This document shows positions 46,855-54,702 of a DNA stretch of 64,000 bases, piece after piece. The stretch is from positions 183,933-247,932 of the IMG/VR virus record IMGVR_UViG_3300031951_021456; one strand, 5' to 3'. Under the pieces are notes generated by a model that was not told the DNA's origin, made no database searches, and saw only the letters and a list, made by a program, of their open reading frames with translations. The position numbers and the translations under genes are program-made. The stretch's first letter is position 1; each line of letters starts with the position of its first letter.

Positions 46855-47995
46855 AATTAAAGGGATGACAGTTTTAAATTTGAATGATGTTGATTTTTTA
46901 AATCAACCAATGTTCTTTGGTGCTCCTCAAGGAATTCAGAGATATGATAAATTTAAATATCCAGATTTTGAGGCATTGACGAAAAAGCAAATTAGCTTTT
47001 TCTGGATTCCAGAAACAAAAGATCTTCAAAAAGATAGATTAGATTATCAAAAATTGAGTCCAGAACAGAAACACATCTTCACTTCAAACCTAAAGTATCA
47101 AACGATGCTTGATAGTGTTCAAGGTAGAGCACCAGGCCTAGCATTTAGGCCATATTGCTCTCTCCCAGAATTAGAGTCTTGTATGTTATGGTGGGAAGCA
47201 TTTGAGAATATTCACTCTCGCTCCTACACACATATTATTAAGAATGTTTATCCAAATCCTTCAGAGATTTTTGATACTATCATTCTTGATGAAAATATTA
47301 GACAAAGATCTCAAAGTGTTACTGCAGCTTATGATGATTTTATTCAATCAGCTCAACAATATAGTTCATCAAATTTATGGAAGTTTAATTTAGAGGGTGT
47401 TGAATCTGCCCACACGGAACTCTATGAACTTAAAAGAAAACTTTATCGCGCTGTAATGAATGTCAATATCTTAGAGGGTATTCGTTTTTATGTTTCATTT
47501 GCTTGTAGCTTTGCTTTTGGTGAACTAAAATTAATGGAAGGTTCTGCTAAAATTATTGAGTTAATTGCTAGAGATGAAGGTTTACATTTAGCCTTAACAC
47601 AAAAAATTCTTAAAAAGTGGAAGCAGGGTGATGATCCCGATATGGCTAAAATTGCAGCAGAAGAAGAGCAATATTCTTATTATCTATTTGATAGAGCTGT
47701 TAATGAAGAAAAATCTTGGGGTCGGTATCTTTTTAAAGAGGGATCTATGATTGGTCTCAATGATAAAATTATGGATGAATATACTGAATGGAATGCGAAT
47801 ACAAGACAGAGAGCCATTGGGTTAAAACCACAATACCCGAATGCACCAAAAACAAATCCTTTAACTTGGATGGAAGGATGGTTAAATTCAAATGCCCTTC
47901 AAGAAGCTCCCATGGAAACTGAAAAATCTAGTTATCTAGTTGGAGTAATCAAACAAGACATAAACCCAGATTCTTTTGCAAACTTTAAACTATAA
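46835..47995 (+). CDS. nrdB: Ribonucleotide reductase class Ia beta subunit
   Basis: FFWIPE, LDSVQGR, ENIHSRSYT, EGIRFYVSF, IARDEGLH. Confidence 0.97.
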   Translation: MKVAQSEIKGMTVLNLNDVDFLNQPMFFGAPQGIQRYDKFKYPDFEALTKKQISFFWIPETKDLQKDRLDYQKLSPEQKHIFTSNLKYQTMLDSVQGRAPGLAFRPYCSLPELESCMLWWEAFENIHSRSYTHIIKNVYPNPSEIFDTIILDENIRQRSQSVTAAYDDFIQSAQQYSSSNLWKFNLEGVESAHTELYELKRKLYRAVMNVNILEGIRFYVSFACSFAFGELKLMEGSAKIIELIARDEGLHLALTQKILKKWKQGDDPDMAKIAAEEEQYSYYLFDRAVNEEKSWGRYLFKEGSMIGLNDKIMDEYTEWNANTRQRAIGLKPQYPNAPKTNPLTWMEGWLNSNALQEAPMETEKSSYLVGVIKQDINPDSFANFKL

Positions 47996-47999
47996 GACC

Positions 48000-48158
48000 A
48001 TGGAAGAAACCTTTACATTAGCTGAGATTAAAAAAGCTTTCTTTGACAGTTTTCATGAAAGCGGTGAAATTTGGTTTGAGTATCTAGGCAGTCCACAAGA
48101 AAATTTGGATTCAACTACCGAATATTGGGAAGAACTTAAAGATAAGTTGATTAGATAG
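48000..48158 (+). CDS. Small hypothetical protein
   Basis: FFDSFHESGEIWF; track 47976..48158. Confidence 0.55.
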   Translation: MEETFTLAEIKKAFFDSFHESGEIWFEYLGSPQENLDSTTEYWEELKDKLIR

Positions 48159-48212
48159 CCAGTTTTTTAACTGACCCGTAGAGCACTTAGAAAGGCTCAA
48201 GTGCTCTATAGT
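48158..48212 (+). promoter_or_regulatory. Degenerate dyad-motif promoter with a spacer hairpin
   Basis: GCCAGTTTTTTAACTGACCC, 29 bp, TATAGT; GAGCACTT/AAGTGCTC. Confidence 0.55.
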
Positions 48213-48236
48213 GGTTTTAAATCTAATATTTCAATT

Positions 48237-48638
48237 ATGGCTTCTGAAAATTATTCTATTATATCAGTAGAAAAGCTTAAGCAATTTTGCAATCCATTTG
48301 AAACACCCTGCTGGGAGACAAAAACTCCAGTTTTATACAATGAGGTAAAACGAGCAGTTACTAGCAATTGCACATTATTATCTCAATATTCTTCATCAGT
48401 TGAACCACCAAAATGGTCAAAAAAGAAACACATTGAGAGAATTGCACATCTTGTTATAAATCCAGATTATACTCCTATTGAAATAGATGTTGGAGTTCCA
48501 AGTTTAGGTTATTGTTCTGAGTGGTTTATTGTAGATGGCAATCATAGATTTGCTGCTGCAATTTTTAGAGGTGATTTAACTATTCTTGCTACATGTTCAG
48601 GTCAAGTTGATCTAATTGAAAACCTTATTTACAATTAA
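48237..48638 (+). CDS. ParB/Srx-like domain protein
   Basis: PIEIDV...FIVDGNHRFAAAIFRG; track start 48201. Confidence 0.7.
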   Translation: MASENYSIISVEKLKQFCNPFETPCWETKTPVLYNEVKRAVTSNCTLLSQYSSSVEPPKWSKKKHIERIAHLVINPDYTPIEIDVGVPSLGYCSEWFIVDGNHRFAAAIFRGDLTILATCSGQVDLIENLIYN

Positions 48639-48644
48639 AACCTT

Positions 48645-48902
48645 ATGGATATCATTAACTTTGATAATTTCCGTGCAGGCTCCCATTTTCCAGGCTGTCT
48701 TGATATAGAAAAACTTGGAAACCACGAACAGATGGGTGTCAGAGCAATTGCATATTGTTTTCCTAATTCAAATGAAAGCTTCGTTCAATTTCGTAAACAT
48801 AATAAGGACTACCTAGTTGCACTTTTTTCATTCAACTATGAAGTTGAATTAGAAGATTATTGGAAAGACTCTACGGTTATTTGGGATAGTAGAGAACAAT
48901 AA
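48645..48902 (+). CDS. Hypothetical protein
   Basis: 85-aa ORF. Confidence 0.6.
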   Translation: MDIINFDNFRAGSHFPGCLDIEKLGNHEQMGVRAIAYCFPNSNESFVQFRKHNKDYLVALFSFNYEVELEDYWKDSTVIWDSREQ

Positions 48903-48965
48903 ACGTATCATAAAAAGTAAATGGTGCCTATTCTATAAATAATAGAAGAACTTTATATTCGCAAT

Positions 48966-50072
48966 ATGTCCACTTATCATCTCACTGAAGCATATGGAGA
49001 CCTTCATAACCCTCGCGTAACAGATTCTAACTATTTTCAAAATCTTCGTTTTGTTGATGATCTAAATCAAAATCAAATGCAAGAGGTAATGGAATCTCTC
49101 ATTTGGGAGTTCATGGATTATGGAGATAGTTTTGAAGAGGCAACAAAAATTCTTGAAACTGCTTTTTCAGATGATATTGTTTTATGTGAATCACTTGAGG
49201 CGATTTGTGAAGTTACTGCTCGTCCATTCAAGGCTACGACTGAATTTAAGCCAACTTATGGCTATCAAAAAGATGGAAAATCTGTTAAAGGCGGTTCAGA
49301 TTCTTCTGCTAGAGCTAGACGAGCTGAACGGGCTTCCGCCGTTAGGGGAGCACTTAGAGGGGCTGCCGAGAGCGTTAAAGGCGCTCTTAAAGGGTTTCGC
49401 AAACAGGTTAGGGATAGCAAAACAAATTTAGCAGCTAAAGGTGCTAGCATGGCCCTCAGAGGGCAAGCTGCGCTTTCTAAGGTCGCTAGAACTGCTCGTG
49501 GAGCCGTGCGAGGGGCTAAACAAGAATGACAAACACCTTCAAAACCTCCAAGTTCTCGTATTTCAGGTAAAGAAAAGACTCAACAAATGAGGCTTGCAGC
49601 TAGAAAGGAGCTTGGTGATGTATTTGCAGAAAAGCAACCTAGTTCTTCGGCACAAACACCTTCTAAAATTGAACGTTTGAGAGCTGCTGCTAAAGCATCT
49701 AACCCCAAAAAAGAACAAACAGCCCCAAAACCACAAGAAGGTAGAGCAATTCATGGAGGTTCTTGGCCAGCTCCACCCCCGCCGATGAAAAGAGCCAATA
49801 AAAAACAAACTCCAGCTTTACCCCCTTCTGGTAAAACTAGCGGTAGTACAAAAGGTGGAAGAGTATTAACTGGCTCGCAACGTAAAATGAAAAATGCTGC
49901 TCTTTATCGTCGTCTAAACTCTGACCTTGATTATGATCTTTTAGCTCATTATATGATTGAAGACATTATCAATGGAGGGTATGCAACTACTGAAGATGAT
50001 GCACTCTTTATTTTAGAAAATATGGAGCCAGAAGTATTAAATGATCTGATGGAAACCTATCTAGAAGACTGA
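48966..50072 (+). CDS. Late gene interrupted by a single in-frame TGA (49527-49529); joins track ORFs 48966..49529 and 49587..50072
   Basis: Both ORFs are in the same frame and the 19 codons between them are open; TATAAATA at 48934. Confidence 0.75.
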
Positions 50073-50135
50073 CACTTAAAAAACTGTCACATCCTAAAAT
50101 CACTCTAGGACTTAGATGAACTAGAGTGATTTTTT
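50071..50135 (+). promoter_or_regulatory. Dyad-motif promoter overlapping a terminator-like hairpin
   Basis: GACACTTAAAAAACTGTCAC, 31 bp, TAGAGT; stem AAAATCACTCTAG/CTAGAGTGATTTT. Confidence 0.65.
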
Positions 50136-50149
50136 ATTGATTACTTGTC

Positions 50150-50584
50150 TTGAGTAACATTATTGCAATCGCTTCGCCACTTAAACCTGAAATACTCAAT
50201 CAAGCTACAGCGGTTGCAATGGCTTCAGCATCTAAAGAGCGTTTAGGCTGTGTAATTCTTAATAAAAAGAAAATTATTGCAGCCGCCTGCAACTGTGATA
50301 AAAAGACTCATACCATTCAAGAGAAGTATGCAAGACTTGCGAGTCAATTATATGAGAATGATTCTCTTTCTCGGAAAATTTTTCTCCATGCTGAGATTCT
50401 ATGTTTAATCCGATCTAAAGGTGAGGGAGATACTATTATTACTGCTAGGGTTGGGGGACATGGTGGCAATAAATTAAGAAATTCACGCCCATGTCCTATT
50501 TGCTCTTTATTTCTTAAGCATCATGGAATTAATAAAATACACTATTCAACCCCGGATGGCTTTCTTTTTGAAGATTGGAGATAA
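50150..50584 (+). CDS. Zinc-dependent cytidine/dCMP deaminase-fold protein
   Basis: HAE and RPCPIC motifs. Confidence 0.85.
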   Translation: MSNIIAIASPLKPEILNQATAVAMASASKERLGCVILNKKKIIAAACNCDKKTHTIQEKYARLASQLYENDSLSRKIFLHAEILCLIRSKGEGDTIITARVGGHGGNKLRNSRPCPICSLFLKHHGINKIHYSTPDGFLFEDWR

Positions 50585-50605
50585 ATAGAAAAAATAATTA
50601 TTTCT

Positions 50606-50761
50606 ATGGTTACCTCAACCGATGTTTTTGCCTTTAGATCAAAATTAGATAAAATAATGAATAGTCTTTATGAAAAAGATTTACCCAAAGAGCAAAAAGA
50701 TGTTGCAATTTTTTATCTCACTCAGGTAATAGATGCGGTTGAACAGACTCTGAAATCATGA
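50606..50761 (+). CDS. Small late protein (51 aa, not in track)
   Basis: TAAATA at 50582; MVTSTDVFAFRSKLDKIMNSL... Confidence 0.5.
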   Translation: MVTSTDVFAFRSKLDKIMNSLYEKDLPKEQKDVAIFYLTQVIDAVEQTLKS

Positions 50762-51158
50762 CTTTATTGTAGATATTCTCACGTTCGGATGAGAAAAATT
50801 TACCTTCAACGTTAGTATTATAATAGTCTTCTCTCATAATTACATCTCGCCTAAACTGTTCAGATGTTTCAAAATAAGACATTGATTTTTTGTGTGGACA
50901 AAGATATAGTATTGTTTTTTTGAAGTTTGATATTCCAAGTTCTTTAATATCATCCTTTAATTCATCACAACTTCCGCAATAAGTTCTCCAATTGCTTTCT
51001 GTCTTTTTTCTTCGTCCAGTTTTTGGGTCTTTTCGCCTTTGCCAGAAAGTTTTTTTGCCGATGTATTTTTTATTGTTGGTTAAATTTTCAATAAGATATA
51101 CAAATCCCTCCATATCTTCTGGGACAGCCTCTAAAATTTTATCGTTGTAGTACCACAT
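50718..51158 (-). CDS. GIY-YIG family nuclease
   Basis: GFVYLIENLTNNKKYIGKK; TATAAATA at 51168-51175 on the minus strand. Confidence 0.85.
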   Translation of the reverse strand: MWYYNDKILEAVPEDMEGFVYLIENLTNNKKYIGKKTFWQRRKDPKTGRRKKTESNWRTYCGSCDELKDDIKELGISNFKKTILYLCPHKKSMSYFETSEQFRRDVIMREDYYNTNVEGKFFSSERENIYNKVMISESVQPHLLPE

Positions 51159-51253
51159 TTTTATGTTTATTTATAGACAGTTTACTGAGTGTCCACCATA
51201 ATCACAATTTGCCCAATAAATCGTGTATCCTTTTGACAGTTCAATAAAAGATC

Positions 51254-51412
51254 ATGAAATTTTTATTAAAAATTATTTTAGCTATAATGTTAATCCTTTT
51301 CGCATCTTGTGGTGTATTGGTTGCAGTAGCTCTTATTGCATCTGGAAAAATTATTTTGGCAATTATTGTATTATTATTAACAGTTTTGGTTGTTCTTCAA
51401 ACTATTGAATAA
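51254..51412 (+). CDS. Small two-TM membrane protein (52 aa, not in track)
   Basis: MKFLLKIILAIMLILFASCGVLVAVALIASGKIILAIIVLLL... Confidence 0.5.
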   Translation: MKFLLKIILAIMLILFASCGVLVAVALIASGKIILAIIVLLLTVLVVLQTIE

Positions 51413-51475
51413 ATCATGTAATCTTTTGTTAATCTAATGAAAAACTACGAATTCACCCTTCTTGACTAAACTCTC

Positions 51476-51748
51476 ATGCTACTACCAGAAAACATTCGCA
51501 TAGGTAAAGTCTCAAGAATTTTTAGTGACGGGTATGTTTATTTGGATGAAATATATCCCTGTGCCTATAGAAAGTATGTCGCTAATAATGCTATGGTCCC
51601 TGGATATAACGGTAAATCGGCTAAAGATCTAGGGATTAAAATTGGAACAAGAGCTTTATTTAGAGTAGATGAACATAATAGAGTTCAAGAGATCATATTT
51701 GATGCTAAACCGAGAAAGTTTTGGAATTTTTGGCCGTTCAATTTTTAA
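51476..51748 (+). CDS. Hypothetical protein (OB/CSD-like)
   Basis: GKVSRIFSDGYVYL...LKIGTRALFRV. Confidence 0.6.
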   Translation: MLLPENIRIGKVSRIFSDGYVYLDEIYPCAYRKYVANNAMVPGYNGKSAKDLGIKIGTRALFRVDEHNRVQEIIFDAKPRKFWNFWPFNF

Positions 51749-51814
51749 ACTGTCCACTTCTTTAAATTAATCTTGAAAAAGCTGCTAAACTTACCGCAAG
51801 ACTGAAATCCAGTC

Positions 51815-51925
51815 TAAATACTGATTCATTATGAATTCAGTGTTTTTAGAGCCGGGGAGTGCTGCCTTTTAGACAGGGGCGTTGCGATGGTACTCAAACC
51901 CGGATGTAGAGTTCAATTTAATTTA
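51815..51925 (+). ncRNA. Candidate structured RNA leader between a late promoter and rlpA
   Basis: GC-rich island with nested stems CCGGG/CCCGG, GAGTGC/GTACTC and GAGC/GTTC; TAAATA at 51815. Confidence 0.5.
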
Positions 51926-52387
51926 ATGCAATTTAACAAAACTTTTTCACTTCTTTTTGCTAGTGCTCTTCTGTTTACACCAGTTGAAGCAACTGCAGTT
52001 TCTTCCCCAAATTATGAAATCTTTGAGACCACAAATTCTCAAATGAATACTGAAAAATGGGGACTAGAGAACTATCACAATCAACGAAAAGTTGCCAATG
52101 TTTATACTGGAACTGCAAGTTGGTATGGTCCTGGTTTTTATGGTAATAGAACCGCGAATGGTGAAGTTTATCGCCCAGGAACATATACAATTGCCCATAG
52201 GTATTTACGATTTGGGACAAGAGTTCGTGTCACTAATTTAAACAATGGCCGAAGTGCCATAGCTAGAGTGAACGATCGTGGTCCATATGTTGGCGGAAGA
52301 ATTGTTGATTTGGGTCATGGCATTGCAAGAGATCTTGGAGTAATTTCAAGTGGTCTTGCTCATGTTAGACTTGAGGTTCTTGATTGA
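51926..52387 (+). CDS. rlpA: RlpA-like lytic transglycosylase (DPBB domain) with signal peptide
   Basis: GTASWYGPGFYGNRTANGE...IAHR.LRFGTRVRVTNLNNGRS...VNDRGPY...IVDL. Confidence 0.92.
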   Translation: MQFNKTFSLLFASALLFTPVEATAVSSPNYEIFETTNSQMNTEKWGLENYHNQRKVANVYTGTASWYGPGFYGNRTANGEVYRPGTYTIAHRYLRFGTRVRVTNLNNGRSAIARVNDRGPYVGGRIVDLGHGIARDLGVISSGLAHVRLEVLD

Positions 52388-52407
52388 AAGAAGTGATTTA
52401 GTAATGT

Positions 52408-52432
52408 TGGGGCAATTAGGTGCCCCATTTTT
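52408..52432 (+). terminator. Rho-independent terminator after rlpA
   Basis: TGGGGCA-ATTAGG-TGCCCCA followed by a T run. Confidence 0.75.
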
Positions 52433-52454
52433 AATTATTCATTTTATTTTCATA

Positions 52455-52853
52455 ATGATTATTTCTAAAATTCATCAGGATCTGGCTACATCTACATCCT
52501 CTACAATATTAGAGTGTCCAGAAGGATTTCTTGGACCCAATTGGAAGAATGTACTGAACTTTTGGATTTATTTGGATACTTTAAATTCTGACCAATTGAA
52601 GACTGTTGGGTGTAGGTATATAAAATCTTATCCCACACTTAGTTCAATTGAAAAATATTATTGGGCTGATACACTTTCTATAGAAGGCGATAAAGTATCA
52701 TTGGCTTCATTTATTGCTGGATGTAATATTTCTGATAGAGCAGGTGGTTATGCTGCTGATTCCGTGTTATCCGCAACCCGCGAGCTTTTCTATTCCTATC
52801 ATTTAGGCGGAGAAAAGTCTTTTGTATTTCTTCCATTGTTTCTAAATCCATGA
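52455..52853 (+). CDS. LGPNW-family paralog 10 (start moved from 52350)
   Basis: PEGFLGPNWKNVLNFWIYLDTL...ATREL...FLPLF. Confidence 0.85.
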   Translation: MIISKIHQDLATSTSSTILECPEGFLGPNWKNVLNFWIYLDTLNSDQLKTVGCRYIKSYPTLSSIEKYYWADTLSIEGDKVSLASFIAGCNISDRAGGYAADSVLSATRELFYSYHLGGEKSFVFLPLFLNP

Positions 52854-53236
52854 AAATTTCTGAATCCCATCAATGTTTTGCAGATCATTTAGATGATCAA
52901 ACTGCTCTAGAATATCCTGAACGTTTTCTTGGACCTAATTGGAAAGATGTATTGAATTTCTGGATTTATTTGGACACTTTAAGTGATGGAGATTTTAGGT
53001 TAATTGTAGAGCGTTGTCGGGCCTTAGATTTAGATGTAGGGGCTAGAGTTTTTGATGAATACTCTGCTCGTTCGGCCGCTGCTGTAGATACTATAGGTGG
53101 TGAATATAAGACTGCAGCTTGGTATGCCCATCCTACATTATTAGGAGCTTGTGCAACCCTTGAACTCATTGGCTCCCATAAAATTCTAGAACAAAATAAA
53201 CCATTATCATTTCTATTGACACATCTCAATCTCTAA
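52850..53236 (+). CDS. LGPNW-family paralog 11
   Basis: MKISESHQ...LGPNWKDVLNFW...ATLELIGSH. Confidence 0.85.
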   Translation: MKISESHQCFADHLDDQTALEYPERFLGPNWKDVLNFWIYLDTLSDGDFRLIVERCRALDLDVGARVFDEYSARSAAAVDTIGGEYKTAAWYAHPTLLGACATLELIGSHKILEQNKPLSFLLTHLNL

Positions 53237-53261
53237 ATAAAACATCAATGCCATTTAATCA

Positions 53262-53948
53262 ATGAGAGTAGATTTAAATAATTTTTTCAAGTATTATGAT
53301 GACAAAAACCCAAAGCATCGCGCCGCAGTTGATGATTTTGAAAGATTGTTAATTGAAAAGTGTCCAGAATTATTGGAAGACTATGCAAACTGGATTAAAA
53401 TTTATAGAACATCAGAAGCTTCTGATATTATTAATATTCCTTGGTATCCTCAAACTGATAATTATAGACTTCCTGATAGCACTTGCAATTCTTCAGCTTG
53501 TGCAATGTGCCTTGAATATCTTAAGCCTGGTTCATTACCTGCAGGACCAAAAGGTGATGATGCTTATTTGAGAAAAGTTCTAGCTTTAGGTGCTTCCACA
53601 GATCATACCATTCAGACGATAGTTTTAGAGTCTTATGGAGTTAAATCCAACTTTTATTATAATCTAGGCTTTGATGATTTAGATAGAGAACTTGCTGCAG
53701 GAAGACCAATTGTTATTGGATTTCTACATAGAGGTTCTGCTAGTAGTCCTACAGGTGGCCACATGATTTGTGTAATTGGTAAAAATGCTTCAGGGGATTA
53801 TTGGGTTAGAGATCCTTATGGTAGTTTTTATGATGGTTATAGTGGTCCTGTATCAAATGGTAGACAAGTTGTATATTCTAGAAAAATTCTTGAGAATAGG
53901 TGGACTGTAAAACATCCTAAAGACGGTTGGGGGAGAATTTTTCAGTGA
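53262..53948 (+). CDS. C39-like (papain-fold) peptidase, possible lysin
   Basis: QTDN...TCNSSACAM (catalytic Cys), GGHMICVIG (His), VRDPYG (Asp); late TAAATA at 53234. Confidence 0.8.
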   Translation: MRVDLNNFFKYYDDKNPKHRAAVDDFERLLIEKCPELLEDYANWIKIYRTSEASDIINIPWYPQTDNYRLPDSTCNSSACAMCLEYLKPGSLPAGPKGDDAYLRKVLALGASTDHTIQTIVLESYGVKSNFYYNLGFDDLDRELAAGRPIVIGFLHRGSASSPTGGHMICVIGKNASGDYWVRDPYGSFYDGYSGPVSNGRQVVYSRKILENRWTVKHPKDGWGRIFQ

Positions 53949-54005
53949 CGGTCTTTAAACTGGCATATGACTTTCCTGTTCTGCTTGGTTTGTGTTATTC
54001 TTAAT

Positions 54006-54076
54006 TTGTCGGTAGGTGGCGCCACCTTCCCGACTTTTGCATAAGGTGGACTGAGCCCTTCGGGGCTCTTTCTTTT
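54006..54076 (+). ncRNA. Candidate ~70-nt small RNA
   Basis: Own promoter, GTCGG..AGGTGGCGCCACCT..CCGAC hairpin, ends in a UUCG terminator; no ORF. Confidence 0.6.
54053..54076 (+). terminator. Rho-independent terminator with cUUCGg loop
   Basis: GAGCCC-TTCG-GGGCTC-TTTCTTTT. Confidence 0.85.
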
Positions 54077-54180
54077 AGACGGTCTTTAAACTGGCATATG
54101 ACTTTCCTGTTCTGCTTGGTTTGTGTTATTCTTAATAGGTGGTTGGCAAACCGACTACAAGCTGTTTTTGAATTTTAAAG

Positions 54181-54387
54181 ATGATCTTCATTCAACGATT
54201 TTTTACTTGGCTACTTGCTAGTTTGCTCATGTTTCCATTGGCTTTGCTTGTAACTGTAGGATCTTTTTGTCCTATTATTGTCTATGGACTTGATGATGGA
54301 GGTTCTACTACTCTTACAACTTTTTTACCTTTTATAGCTATTTTACTTTGGCATAGTGCGATTTACTTGGTACTTAAAACTAAGTAA
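54181..54387 (+). CDS. Small two-TM membrane protein
   Basis: Hydrophobic 68-aa ORF downstream of the second promoter copy. Confidence 0.6.
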   Translation: MIFIQRFFTWLLASLLMFPLALLVTVGSFCPIIVYGLDDGGSTTLTTFLPFIAILLWHSAIYLVLKTK

Positions 54388-54446
54388 AATTTGCTCAAGA
54401 GATTTAGCATAAATAACCGAGAATCTGAATTGTTTTAGGTTTTATT

Positions 54447-54519
54447 GGATCCTTGGTGAAATTGGACATCATATGGAGCTTCTAACTCCACGTTTCTGGT
54501 TCAAGTCCAGAAGGATTCG
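54447..54519 (+). tRNA. trnR: tRNA-Arg(TCT)
   Basis: Cloverleaf: GGATCCT/AGGATTC acceptor, TGGAG-CTTCTAA-CTCCA anticodon arm, TTCAAGT T-loop; no encoded CCA; TAAATA at 54410. Confidence 0.92.
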
Positions 54520-54620
54520 TTACTTAGACTTAAATCTTCTATGTTACTCTCTGAGCCATTTAATACACTTGACACAATCTCTTAGTAATCTAGTTTCAAA
54601 AACCTCAAGGCTACATTTAA

Positions 54621-54676
54621 GACACTCCCCAAACTGTCACACATACTCTCACACCACATAGAATTTCCCATAGATT
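54621..54676 (+). promoter_or_regulatory. Dyad-motif promoter (-10 TAGATT)
   Basis: GACACTCCCCAAACTGTCAC, 30-bp spacer. Confidence 0.7.
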
Positions 54677-54702
54677 ACTAAAACCACAAGAAATTTAAAA
54701 GC

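Larger units (their letters stand above)
53947..54136 (+). repeat. Two exact 59-bp direct repeats, each a complete dyad-motif promoter
   Basis: Copies at 53947-54005 and 54078-54136; -10 TATTCT. Confidence 0.95.

Noticed and set aside
30666-47995. Introns or inteins in gp43, gp41, nrdA or nrdB
   Set aside because: Frames are continuous with typical lengths and no intein or homing-endonuclease insert.
49527-49529. Genome-wide UGA reassignment or selenocysteine
   Set aside because: gp55, gp47, regA, gp62 and others end in TGA at expected lengths, and no SECIS-like or suppressor tRNA was recognised.
51887-51925. N-terminal extension of RlpA
   Set aside because: The signal peptide begins at ATG 51926, and the extension runs through a structured leader.
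53947-54136. Possible mini-CRISPR array (59-bp repeat, 72-bp spacer)
   Set aside because: Only two copies, too long for CRISPR repeats, each is a recognisable promoter, and there are no cas genes in the window.
54473-54661. 62-aa track ORF
   Set aside because: It overlaps tRNA-Arg and the downstream promoter elements.
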